Source: an uncultured Alphaproteobacteria bacterium (GTDB taxonomy: Bacteria > Pseudomonadota > Alphaproteobacteria > Rhodobacterales > Rhodobacteraceae). Taken from it: DNA of 64,000 nt. The DNA lies in the NCBI GenBank assembly GCA_963833115.1, contig CAWHWS010000002.1, positions 368,173-432,172 on the forward strand, in the 5' to 3' direction. This document shows positions 21,679 through 30,721 of the stretch, piece after piece. A program made the position numbers and the translations under genes. Position 1 is the stretch's first letter, and each line of letters starts with the position of its first letter. The notes below the pieces were generated by a model. It saw only the letters and a program-made list of their open reading frames with translations, was not told where the DNA came from and ran no database searches.

Positions 21679-22269
21679 ATGCAGATCACCGTCGTCGGCA
21701 CGAAGGCGTCCCGCGCCATGCGCGTCCTCTGGGCGCTGGAGGAGCTGGGCCTCCCCTACGAGCACGTCCCCTCCAGGCCCCGCGACGAGCGCACGCTGGC
21801 CGCGAACCCGGCGGGCCGCATCCCCGCCCTGATCGCGGACGGCGAGACCCTGACCGACAGCGTCGCCATCATGGCTTTCCTCGCCGACGCGCACGGGCGG
21901 CTGACGCACCCCGCCGGCACCCCCGCCCGCGCCCGGCAGGACGCCGCGACGAACGCGGTGCTGGAGATGATGGACGCCCCCCTCTGGGCCTACGCGCAGA
22001 ACGCCTTCGTCCTGCCCGAGGCGGACCGCGTCCCCGAGGCCAAGCCCGCCGCCCGCGCCGCCTTCGGCCGGGGGGCCGCGGCGGTCGCGGGACTGCTGGA
22101 CGGCCCCTGGCTCGCCGGCGAGACCTTCACCGTGGCCGACATCCTCCTCGCCCACTGCGCCGGCTGGTCCCGCATCGCGAAGATGGACCCCCTTCCGGAC
22201 GCCCTCGCGGATCACATGGCCCGCGCCCGCGCCCGCCCGGCCTTCGGGCGCGCCGCCGCCCGGGAGTAG
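21679..22269 (+). CDS. Glutathione S-transferase family protein
   Basis: SRAMRVLWALEELGLPY, NPAGRIPAL, TDSVAI, FTVADI. Confidence 0.92.
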   Translation: MQITVVGTKASRAMRVLWALEELGLPYEHVPSRPRDERTLAANPAGRIPALIADGETLTDSVAIMAFLADAHGRLTHPAGTPARARQDAATNAVLEMMDAPLWAYAQNAFVLPEADRVPEAKPAARAAFGRGAAAVAGLLDGPWLAGETFTVADILLAHCAGWSRIAKMDPLPDALADHMARARARPAFGRAAARE

Positions 22270-22371
22270 GACGCGGCCGGCGCCGCCGGGCGCCGTGGAC
22301 CGGCCGGACAGGACCGGCCAGGGCCGGCCGAAGCGCCGCGCGGGACCGTCCGCCCCGCGCGGCGGGCCGCG

Positions 22372-22944
22372 TCAGGCGCGGCGGCGGACCGCCCCGGCCC
22401 CGGCCAGCCCGGCCAGCCCGGCGAGCAGCATCGGCAGCCCCGCCGGAAGCGGGATCGGCGCCACGGCGTCCGCGAGCCGCGTGATCTCCACCGTGCCGGT
22501 CAGGAGGGCCGAGCCCGGCGCGAACGGGTCCGCCAGCTGGAAGTCGGCGTTGAAGACGCCCTCCTGCCCGATGATCCCAGTGAGCGCGCGCGTCTCCCCG
22601 ACCGCGAGGCCGCTATCGGCCACGTCCAACCCCGTGGGCGAGAACTGGAGCTCCACCCCGCCCGAGGCGAACCGGAACAGCCCGTCGTCGAACGCCCCAG
22701 ACCCCGCGATCTCGGCGCCCGGCAGGAACACGCCCGACCCGGCGCCGTAGGTGGCCGACAGGCCGCCGATGTCGATGGCGCCGAACGTCCCGGCCCCGCC
22801 GTCGAAGTCGAACCCGCCCGTGACCGCGCCGCCGAAGAAGGCGTCCGCCAGCCCCGATAGGTCGAACGACAGCGCGTCGGCCTGCGCCTGCCCCGCCAGG
22901 ATGCAGGCCGCGACGACCGCGCCCGCCTTGAGTCTCTTCGTCAT
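22372..22944 (-). CDS. VPLPA-CTERM (PEP-CTERM-like) exosortase-targeted surface protein
   Basis: Signal peptide (AQA/D), C-terminal IPLPAGLPMLLAGLAGLAGAGAVRRRA. Confidence 0.85.
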   Translation of the reverse strand: MTKRLKAGAVVAACILAGQAQADALSFDLSGLADAFFGGAVTGGFDFDGGAGTFGAIDIGGLSATYGAGSGVFLPGAEIAGSGAFDDGLFRFASGGVELQFSPTGLDVADSGLAVGETRALTGIIGQEGVFNADFQLADPFAPGSALLTGTVEITRLADAVAPIPLPAGLPMLLAGLAGLAGAGAVRRRA

Positions 22945-22960
22945 CCTATCGCTCCCCTCG

Positions 22961-22976
22961 GTTGATGATTCGTTAA
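22961..22976 (-). promoter_or_regulatory. Candidate CtrA box upstream of VPLPA-CTERM gene
   Basis: Minus strand TTAA-CGAATCA-TCAAC, one mismatch to TTAA-N7-TTAAC. Confidence 0.5.
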
Positions 22977-23002
22977 GACACGCCCGGCATCGCCCCGAAG
23001 TT

Positions 23003-24184
23003 TCACGCGCCGTCACCGTCCGGCCCGCCCGCCGCGACCCGCAGCCCGTGCCCCGGCCCAGCCCACGCCGCCGCCGCCGCGCCCGCCCGGCGCCCCGTCG
23101 ACAGGCACCCGGTCAGAAGCCAGCCCCCCGTCGGCGCCTCCCAGTCGAGCATCTCGCCGCAGGCGAAGACGCCTGGCACCGCCCGCAGCATCAGCCCCTC
23201 GTCGACCCCGTCCCAGGCCACGCCGCCCGCCGTGCTGATCGCCTCGTCCATCGGCCGCGGTCCCGCGTGCCGCACCGGCAGGGCCTTCACCGCCTCGGCC
23301 ACCGGCACGTCCCCCCGCCACTCGTGCAGCAGCGCCACCTTCACCGGCGCCATCCGCAGCCCCTTGCGCAGCCGGCTCGCGAGGCTGTCCCCCTTCCGCC
23401 CCCCGGCCAGCGCCGTCGCCACCTCCGCGCGGCTCCGCCCCGGCGCCAGGTCCAGCATCAGGGGCGCCCCCGCCCGCACCATCGCGCCCACCGCGTAGAC
23501 CGCGCCGCCCTCGATCCCGCGCGCGGACACCGCGAACTCCCCGCGCGACCGCAGGTCCCCGGCCGTCAGGGCCACGTCCTTCACCGGGCTTCCGAAATGC
23601 CGCGCCATGTGCGCCGACCACTCGACCCGCAGCCCCCCGTTCGCCCCCTCGAACGGTGCCACGGGCACGCCGCGCGCCGCGAGCCAAGGGGCCCACGCCC
23701 CGTCCGATCCCAGCCGCCGCCAGGACGCGCCCCCCAGCGCCAGCACCACCGCCCGCGCCGCCGGCCACCCCGCCCCGAGCGCCCCCCCGTCCCAGCGCAG
23801 GCCCGTCCGCATCTCCACCCCCGCCGCCGCCAGCCGCGCCCGCCACGCGCGCAGCAGGGGCGAGGCCTTCATCGCCCGCGGGAACACCCGCCCCGTCGGC
23901 CCGGCATGGGTCTCCTGCCCCAGGGCCTCGGCCCAGGCGCGCACGTCCCGCGCCCCGAACGCGGCGAGCATCGGCGCCATCCGCCCCGCGCTCGCCCCGA
24001 ACCAGCGCGGATCGCCGTCCACGTTCGTCAGGTTCAGGCCCGACTTCCCCGCCATGAGCAGTTTGCGCCCGACCGTCGGCATCGCCTCGGCCACCACCAC
24101 CCGCGCGCCGGCCTCCGCCGCCGCCTCCGCCGCCATCAGGCCCGCGGGCCCGCCCCCGATCACCAGGACGTCGCAAAGGGACAC
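23003..24184 (-). CDS. HI0933/TIGR03862-family flavoprotein
   Basis: VIGGGPAG, GRKLLMAGKSGLNLTN, AISTAGGV, GEMLDWEAPTGGWLL. Confidence 0.9.
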   Translation of the reverse strand: MSLCDVLVIGGGPAGLMAAEAAAEAGARVVVAEAMPTVGRKLLMAGKSGLNLTNVDGDPRWFGASAGRMAPMLAAFGARDVRAWAEALGQETHAGPTGRVFPRAMKASPLLRAWRARLAAAGVEMRTGLRWDGGALGAGWPAARAVVLALGGASWRRLGSDGAWAPWLAARGVPVAPFEGANGGLRVEWSAHMARHFGSPVKDVALTAGDLRSRGEFAVSARGIEGGAVYAVGAMVRAGAPLMLDLAPGRSRAEVATALAGGRKGDSLASRLRKGLRMAPVKVALLHEWRGDVPVAEAVKALPVRHAGPRPMDEAISTAGGVAWDGVDEGLMLRAVPGVFACGEMLDWEAPTGGWLLTGCLSTGRRAGAAAAAWAGPGHGLRVAAGGPDGDGA

Positions 24185-24245
24185 GTCGCCCCCGCCGCCG
24201 AACGTGCCGCCGGATCCGCCGCCGGCCGCCCAATGCTCCACGCCC

Positions 24246-24540
24246 ATGCCCGGCGATCCCATCTGCCCGCTCCGCCTCCGCCCGATCCCGCCCCACGCGC
24301 GCCCGAGCCCGCACCACCTCGTCCCCGAGCGGCGCGGCGGCAAGGGCGGGCCCACCGTCCTCGTCCACCAGATCCGCCAGGGCGAGGTCCACGCCGCCCG
24401 GGCCGAGACCGAGCTCGCGCGGTGGCGGAAGACGCCCGAGCGGCGGCGCGTCCAGCCGGACCTCGCGCACGCCTTCGCCTGGCTCGCGCGCCGCCCGCCG
24501 GACGTCCACGCGCCGAGCCGCCGCCGCTGGCGGCCCGCTA
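24246..24540 (+). pseudogene. Degenerate small HNH endonuclease
   Basis: PICPLRLRPIP..HHLVPERRGGKGGPTVLVHQIRQGEVH: recognisable HNH frame, but the expected second Cys and the C/H/N residues are replaced; no stop before the convergent SDR. Confidence 0.6.
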
Positions 24541-25311
24541 GCCGAGCCCGATCGCCGCCCGCACGCCCTCGTCCCGGAGCGACACCTCCTCGCCGAGGAA
24601 CCCGTCCCCCGCCGGCCCGGCCATCCACACCAGCGCCCGCCCGACCCATTCGGGCGCGATGTGCGCCTCCCATGGCAGCCGGCTCACCGGGTTCACCCCC
24701 GAGGCCGCGATCTCCCGCTGCATCCGCGTCGCCACCGTGCCGGGCGAGAGGCTCATCGCGCGGATGCCGTTAGCGCCGTTCTCCAGGTGCAGCACCTTGG
24801 TGAGCATCAGCGCCGCCGCCTTGGACGCGCAGTAATGCGACCACCCCTCCACCGGCCCGTGCGCCGCCCCCGACCCGATCGTCAGGATCGTGCCCCCCCC
24901 GGCCTCCAGCATCACCGGCAGGGCCGCCGCCATCCCGTTGAACACGCCCTTGAGGTTCACGTCGATCACCCGGCCCCAGGCCTCGGGGTCGGCCGCCTCC
25001 ATGCGGGCCACCGGCTCTATCGCGCCGGCGTTGTTCACCAGCACGTCGAGGCCGCCATAGGTCGCGACCGCCGCCTGCACCGCCGTGCCCACCTGGAGGG
25101 GCCGCGTCACGTCGCAGGGCACCGCCAGGGCGCGCTCCCCGATCTCCCCCGCGAGGTCCGCCAGCGCCGAGGCGTCGCGCGCGCACACGACCACGTTCGC
25201 CCCCGCCGCCGCGAAGGCGCGCGCCGCCGCCGCCCCGATCCCCCGGCTGGCCCCGGTGATCATCGCCGTGCGCCCCGCCAGGGGCCCCGCCCCCTCCCGA
25301 TCCGCGTCCAT
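24538..25311 (-). CDS. SDR family oxidoreductase
   Basis: TGASRGIG, NNAG, YCASK, PGTVAT. Confidence 0.93.
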   Translation of the reverse strand: MDADREGAGPLAGRTAMITGASRGIGAAAARAFAAAGANVVVCARDASALADLAGEIGERALAVPCDVTRPLQVGTAVQAAVATYGGLDVLVNNAGAIEPVARMEAADPEAWGRVIDVNLKGVFNGMAAALPVMLEAGGGTILTIGSGAAHGPVEGWSHYCASKAAALMLTKVLHLENGANGIRAMSLSPGTVATRMQREIAASGVNPVSRLPWEAHIAPEWVGRALVWMAGPAGDGFLGEEVSLRDEGVRAAIGLG

Positions 25312-25394
25312 GCCCGTGTCCTTCCCGCCGCCGCGCGCCGGCCCGGCGCTCCGGGCCCATGATGCCGCACCGCCCGGCACCCGGCCAGCCCCGC

Positions 25395-25422
25395 TTGACC
25401 CACGGGGCCGCTGGCTTAGGGT
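25395..25422 (+). promoter_or_regulatory. Sigma70-like promoter
   Basis: TTGACC-N16-TAGGGT ~35 nt upstream of ATG 25458. Confidence 0.5.
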
Positions 25423-25457
25423 CCGCCCGCAGCCCCCGAGATCCCCGGAGCCCCACC

Positions 25458-27071
25458 ATGCCCGCCACCCCCACCGGCGACCGCCGCGACGGGACCGCCG
25501 CCCGCGCCCTCCTCTGCGCGGCCCTCGCCCTCGCCCTCGCCGCCGCCCCCGCCGCCGCCGCCCCCGAGGCCGCCGACATCTGGACCGACCTCAGGGCCGC
25601 GCTCGCCGCCGGCGGCTACGAGCTCGCCATCGCCGAGGAGGAGATCGGCGACGACGCCGTGCGCCTCGCGGGCGTCACCCTGACCTCCCTCACGGAGGGC
25701 CGCGCGATGGACGAGGTCGGCGCCATGGTCCCCTCGACCACCCGCGCCACCGTCGAGATCGCCGAGATGACCCTGACCGAGGCCGGCGAGCGCGTGGAGA
25801 TCGCCCTGTCCGAGACCCTGCCCGTGCGCGTCGAGACCCGGACGGGGGGCGAGGATCCGGTCACGATCTCCGCCCGGATCCTGCTGGACGGGTTCGAGGC
25901 CGCGGTGGAGGAGGACGGGCCGGGCCTCCTCTACACCTATGGCGGCGCCTCGCAGCGCGTCGTCCTCGACGAGGTCACCGGCGGCGACGGCGCGCTCGCG
26001 GGCGACCTGCGCGTCGAGGGCCTCACCGGCACCGCCGCCACCCGGCCGGCCGCGGACGGCGCCCCCCGCCGCACCGAGCAGAGCCAGGAGGCGGGCGCCC
26101 TCACCGTGGAGATGTCGTTCGAGGACCCGGACCCCGCCGGCGGCGGCAGCCTCGCCCTGGCGCTCGCCGTCTCGGACCTCTCGGGCACCTCGCGGACGCT
26201 CTCGCCGGAGGAGGCGGAGATGGCCGACCTCGCCGCCTTCGCCCGCGCCGGCGGGGAGCTCGCCGGCACGTTCGCCTACGGCCCCGCCCGGATCGAGGTC
26301 GCGGTCACCGGCGCGAGCGGCGATTTCGACCTCTCCACCGCCTCCTCCGGCGGCGCGATCGAGGTCTCGATCGACGAGGGCGGGCTCGCCTACGCCCTCT
26401 CCGCCACCGGCTCGCGGGCCAGCGTGCGCGGCGGCGGCCTGCCCGTGCCCGAGCTCTCCTACGCCCTGGAGAGCAGCGCGATCGACATCCTGGTGCCCAT
26501 CCTCGCCGGCGCGGGCGCGCAGCCCTTCGCCCTCTCCGTCGCGCTCCAGGGCCTCGTCCTCGACGACGCGGTCTGGGCCCTCTTCGATCCCGGCACGATC
26601 CTGCCGCGCGACCCCGCCTCCGTGACCCTCGACCTGGCAGGGACCGCCACCCTCCCGCAGGACCTCCTGCCCGCCCCCGACGGGGACGGGGACGACACCG
26701 ACACCGGCGCCGGCGTCCCCGAGCCGGAGGCCGAGGCCCCCACCCTGCGCACCCTGACCGTCGAGGCGCTCTCGCTCTCCGCCGCCGGCGCGCGCCTGGA
26801 CGCCTCCGGCGCCTTCGACGCGCCGGAGGACGGCACCCCGGCCCTGCCCGGCCTGCCGGCCCTCGCCGGCACCCTCTCCATCGACCTCGCCGGCGCCGAG
26901 GGCCTCCTCGACGCGCTCGTGACCATGGGCGTCCTGCCGCAGGAGCAGGCCGCCTTCGCCCGCGGCATGCTCGGCTTCGTCGCCCGCCCCACCGGCGCGG
27001 ATTCCTACGCCACCGAGCTGGACCTCGGCGCCGACGGCTCGGTCACCGCCAACGGCATGGCCCTGCGCTAG
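25458..27071 (+). CDS. Exported acidic protein, DUF2125-like
   Basis: Signal peptide, beta-rich acidic body ending GSVTANGMALR; position next to pmbA. Confidence 0.6.
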   Translation: MPATPTGDRRDGTAARALLCAALALALAAAPAAAAPEAADIWTDLRAALAAGGYELAIAEEEIGDDAVRLAGVTLTSLTEGRAMDEVGAMVPSTTRATVEIAEMTLTEAGERVEIALSETLPVRVETRTGGEDPVTISARILLDGFEAAVEEDGPGLLYTYGGASQRVVLDEVTGGDGALAGDLRVEGLTGTAATRPAADGAPRRTEQSQEAGALTVEMSFEDPDPAGGGSLALALAVSDLSGTSRTLSPEEAEMADLAAFARAGGELAGTFAYGPARIEVAVTGASGDFDLSTASSGGAIEVSIDEGGLAYALSATGSRASVRGGGLPVPELSYALESSAIDILVPILAGAGAQPFALSVALQGLVLDDAVWALFDPGTILPRDPASVTLDLAGTATLPQDLLPAPDGDGDDTDTGAGVPEPEAEAPTLRTLTVEALSLSAAGARLDASGAFDAPEDGTPALPGLPALAGTLSIDLAGAEGLLDALVTMGVLPQEQAAFARGMLGFVARPTGADSYATELDLGADGSVTANGMALR

Positions 27072-27150
27072 GGGGAGGGCTCGCCCCCCGCCCGCCCCGC
27101 CCGCGCGGCCCGCCCCCCGGCGCTCGGCATCGCCCGGCGGCCGCAGGGCG

Positions 27151-27186
27151 GCGGCGTCGGGGGCGGCGTCGGGGGCGGCATCGGGG
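27151..27186 (+). repeat. 12-bp tandem repeat GCGGCGTCGGGG x3 (third copy with one change)
   Basis: Direct reading of the intergenic sequence upstream of pmbA. Confidence 0.75.
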
Positions 27187-27250
27187 CGGCTTGCCCGTCG
27201 GCGCCGCCCGCCTTACGCCCTTAGGCTCCGCCCACGCCCCGGAGGCCCCC

Positions 27251-28597
27251 ATGCCGCAGCCCCTCGCCGACCTGGCCGCGCGCGCGCTCGACGCCGCCCG
27301 CGCCGCGGGGGCGGACGCCGCCGACGCTCTCGTGGTCCGCGACGCCGCCACCAACGTGGACGTGCGCGCCGGCACCCTCGAGGAGGCCCAGCGCGCCGAG
27401 AGCACCGAGATCGGCCTGCGCGTCCTCGTCGGCCGGCGCCAGGCCTGCGTCGCCCTGTCGGACTTCGCCCCCGCCACCCTGGCCGAGGCCGCGAGCCGCG
27501 CCGTCGCCATGGCCCGCCTCGCCCCGGAGGACCCGGCCGTCGGCCTCGCGGACCCCGCGCAGCTCGCCCGCGCCGCCGACTTCGCCGGCCTCGACCTCGT
27601 CGACGACGCGCCCCCCCTCGCCCCCGCCGCGCTCGAGGAGATGGCCCGCCGCGCCGAGGCCGCCGCCGCCGGGCGCCGTGGCATCACCCAGATCGAGAGC
27701 GCCGGCGCCGGCCAGTCCCGGCGGGAGGTCCACGTCGCCGCCACCAACGGGCTGGACGGCGGCTATGCCCGCACCTCCACCTCCCTGGCCTGCGTCGCCA
27801 TCACCGGCGCCGGCACCGGGATGGAGCGCGACTACGCCTTCGACGCCCGCACCCACCTCGCCGATCTCGACGGCCCCGAGGCCATCGGCGCCCTCGCCGC
27901 GGCCCGCACCCTCGCCCGCGCGAACCCCAGGAAGCCGCCCACCGGCACCTGGCCCGTCCTCTACGACGAGCGCGTCGCCGCCTCCCTGATCGGCCACCTC
28001 CTCGCGGCGGCCAACGGCGCCTCGATCGCGCGGGGCGCCTCCTGGCTGCGCGATCGCATGGGGACGCGCGTCCTGCCCGCCGGCCTCGCGATCCTCGAGG
28101 AGCCGCACCGCCCCCGCACCTCCGGCGCCCGCCCGATCGACGCCGAGGGCCTGCCCACCGCCACGAGCGCCATCGTCGAGGACGGCACCCTCGCGCGCTG
28201 GATCCTCGACCTCGGCTCCGCCCGCCGCCTCGGGCTCCAGAGCACCGCCAACGCCGCCCGCGGCACCGGCGGGCCGCCCTCGCCCTCGGTCACCAACGTC
28301 TCCCTGACCCAGGGGGACCGCACGCCCGCCGACCTCATGCGCGACATGGGCACCGGCCTCCTGGTCACCTCGATGATCGGCTCCACCATCAGCGCCACCA
28401 CCGGCGACTATTCGCGCGGCGCCTCCGGCATGTGGATCGAGAACGGCGAGCCCGCCTATCCGGTCGCCGAATGCACCATCGCCGGCAACCTCCTGGAGAT
28501 GCTGGCCGCCCTCGTGCCCGCGAACGACGCGCGCGCCCACCTCTCCCGCGTGGTCCCCTCCCTCCTCGTGGACGGCATGACCGTTGCCGGGGACTAG
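27251..28597 (+). CDS. pmbA: TldD/PmbA family protein (PmbA/TldE)
   Basis: GGAGG RBS; IGLRVLVG, PIDAEGLP, TGDYSRGASGMWIENGE, ECTIAGNL. Confidence 0.9.
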   Translation: MPQPLADLAARALDAARAAGADAADALVVRDAATNVDVRAGTLEEAQRAESTEIGLRVLVGRRQACVALSDFAPATLAEAASRAVAMARLAPEDPAVGLADPAQLARAADFAGLDLVDDAPPLAPAALEEMARRAEAAAAGRRGITQIESAGAGQSRREVHVAATNGLDGGYARTSTSLACVAITGAGTGMERDYAFDARTHLADLDGPEAIGALAAARTLARANPRKPPTGTWPVLYDERVAASLIGHLLAAANGASIARGASWLRDRMGTRVLPAGLAILEEPHRPRTSGARPIDAEGLPTATSAIVEDGTLARWILDLGSARRLGLQSTANAARGTGGPPSPSVTNVSLTQGDRTPADLMRDMGTGLLVTSMIGSTISATTGDYSRGASGMWIENGEPAYPVAECTIAGNLLEMLAALVPANDARAHLSRVVPSLLVDGMTVAGD

Positions 28598-29382
28598 CGC
28601 CGCCGCGCCGGGGGCGGCGGACGACGCCGGCGCCCTCGCCCTCCTCCTCGCCGCCACCCGGGAGGCCGGGCGCATCGCCCTCTCCCACTGGCGCCGGGAC
28701 CCCGCCCACCACGAGAAGCCCGGCGGCGCCGGCCCCGTCTCCGTGGCCGACCTCGCGGTCGACGCCTACCTGCGCGAGACCCTCGCCGCCGCGCGCCCCG
28801 GCGCCGCCTGGCTCTCGGAGGAGACGCCCGACGACCCCGCCGCCCGCCGCGCCGCCACCGAGGTCTGGATCGTCGACCCGATCGACGGCACCCGCCCGTT
28901 CCTCGCCGGCGAGGACGCGTGGAACGTGGCGGCCGCCCTCACCCGCGGCGGCGTGCCGGTCGCCGCCGTCGTCCACCTGCCCGCGCGCGGCGAGACCTAC
29001 GCCGCCACGCATCGCGGCGGCGCCACCCTGAACGGCGCGCCGCTGCGCGTGGCCGCGCCCGCGGGGCGACCCCGCCTCCTCGCCTCCCGGCAGTCGATGG
29101 CGCCGGGGCGATGGCCCCGAGGGGCCCCGGACGCCTCGCTCCACTGGCGCCATGCCCTCGCCTGGCGCTTCTGCCTCGTCGCGGCGGGCCGCTACGACGC
29201 GCTCCTGACCCATCGCCCGGCCTGGTACTGGGACGTCTGCGCCGGCTCCCTCATCGCGTCCGAGGCCGGCTGCGCCGTCACCGACGCGGCCGGCGCGCCC
29301 ATGCGCTTCGACGCCGAGCACCCCCAGACCGCCGGCGCCCTCGCCGCGCCCCCGCCCCTGCACGCCGCGCCTGATCCCCTAG
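28584..29382 (+). CDS. Inositol monophosphatase / CysQ-like phosphatase (3' end ambiguous)
   Basis: PVSVADLAVD, WLSEE, WIVDPIDGTRPF, WDVCAGSLI. The frame runs on to 29594, but the +1 frame gives LHAA-LIP-stop at 29382. Confidence 0.85.
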
Positions 29383-29700
29383 GCGCGCAGCCGCAGACCG
29401 CGCCGCCGCGCGGGCCAGGATCGCGCCCGCCCCGCCCGCGGCGATCCAGAACGGCGGCCGCAACGCCGCCTGCCGCCCCAGCGCGGGCTCCGCCGCCGCC
29501 AGCGCGCCCAGCGGCAGCGCCCCCCAGGCGATCAAGCGGTAGACCGAGTTCACCCGCCCCAGCAGCGCCCCGCAGAAGTTCGCCGCCCCGGTGATCGACG
29601 CGCGCTGCATCACCCGCCGGTGCGCCGCCATCCACCGCAGGCCCTCCACCGCCTCGGCCAGCGCGCCCCGCGCGGCCCCCCCGCGGCGGCGCCATCGCCG
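29379..29700 (-). pseudogene. Collapsed MFS transporter remnant
   Basis: EGLRWMAAHR joined directly to LLGRVNSVYRLIAWGALPLGA..LRPPFWIAA: mid-protein and C-terminal MFS motifs in ~100 codons. Confidence 0.65.
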
Positions 29701-29751
29701 GCAGCGCCCATTGCCCGCCTCGCCCCGTCAACCTGGACCGTCCGCTTGCCC

Positions 29752-30279
29752 ATGCATCAGCCCACCCTCGCCGACAGGGGCATGAAGGGTGGACCCGCGT
29801 TCCGCGACCCGGAGACCCTGACCGACGTCGCGCAGAGTCTCGTCGGTTGCGGCGCGGCCGGCGCGAGCCTCGCGGCTGGCGTCCCGATCCCGCCCGGCAT
29901 GATCGAAGCCGCGGGGGCAGGCGCTTCCTTCTTCGGCCGGCTCCTGGGCGAACGGCGGCGTTCGGTCGAGACGGTCGTCGACGTTTTCGAGCCTGACCTC
30001 GAACGGCGATGGCGCGATCGTGGTGCGCAGTCCTCGAACGCCGACGACGGCGCCCGCGCCGATGCTCTCCTGAACATCGAAGAGGTCTACAATGCCGCCG
30101 CCCTTCCCCCGGACGCGCTCGCCGTCGTTCGCCTCGATCCCGAACGGACGGCCCGAGACGTCCTCGAACGGGCGCAGGCCATGCGTCCCAATGCCTACGG
30201 TGCGCTCGGCTCGGGCACGGACGCCGAACACCCTGACGCGAACGTGCGCCCGTCGCGGACGTTCCTCCTCGCCCACGCC
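29752..30279 (+). pseudogene. Hypothetical ORF truncated by miniature element copy A
   Basis: Lower GC than flanks; its last codons and stop (30294) come from the element end at 30280. Confidence 0.45.
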
Positions 30280-30657
30280 GGCGTTGTCGCTTGACGCGCC
30301 TGGAGGCCGGCCTTTCCCTTTCCCCATGGGGGATCAGGCGACGGGCCGCGTGACGGGGGTGTTTGGGGCGATGGCGCGGCGATGACGACGGGCCCGAAGC
30401 GGGCCTCGATCTTCGGGCACGCCTGGATCGCCGCGTCCCGGAAAGGTCCGCCGCCGGCCGCGCTTGCCCGGCGGCCTCGCATACCAGGTCATGCCGGGAT
30501 CGAACCGGACCGCCCGCGACCCGCGCTCACGCGGCGACGCGTCCTAGGCGGCCCAGTTCAGGGTGCGGTGGCGGGTGGGCGTGGGCTCGGACAGGCCGCC
30601 CGGCCATGCCGCTGAAGCCCCGACGCGCCTCCCAGGCAGGCCTCGCGCGACGGGGCC
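30280..30657 (-). mobile_element. IS5-family (IS903-type) miniature non-autonomous element, copy A
   Basis: Homologous along its length to 41271-41645 and 56243-56618; imperfect terminal inverted repeats; residual transposase N- and C-terminal peptides. Confidence 0.8.
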
Positions 30658-30721
30658 GAGCGCCTCCACGCATATGGACCTTTTCCGGGCGGACGGGCCG
30701 ATCTGAAGGGTGAGAACGATA

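Noticed and set aside
25085-27250. N-terminal extension of the 1170-aa ORF onto PmbA
   Set aside because: Off-frame of the DUF2125-like gene; PmbA has a GGAGG RBS at ATG 27251
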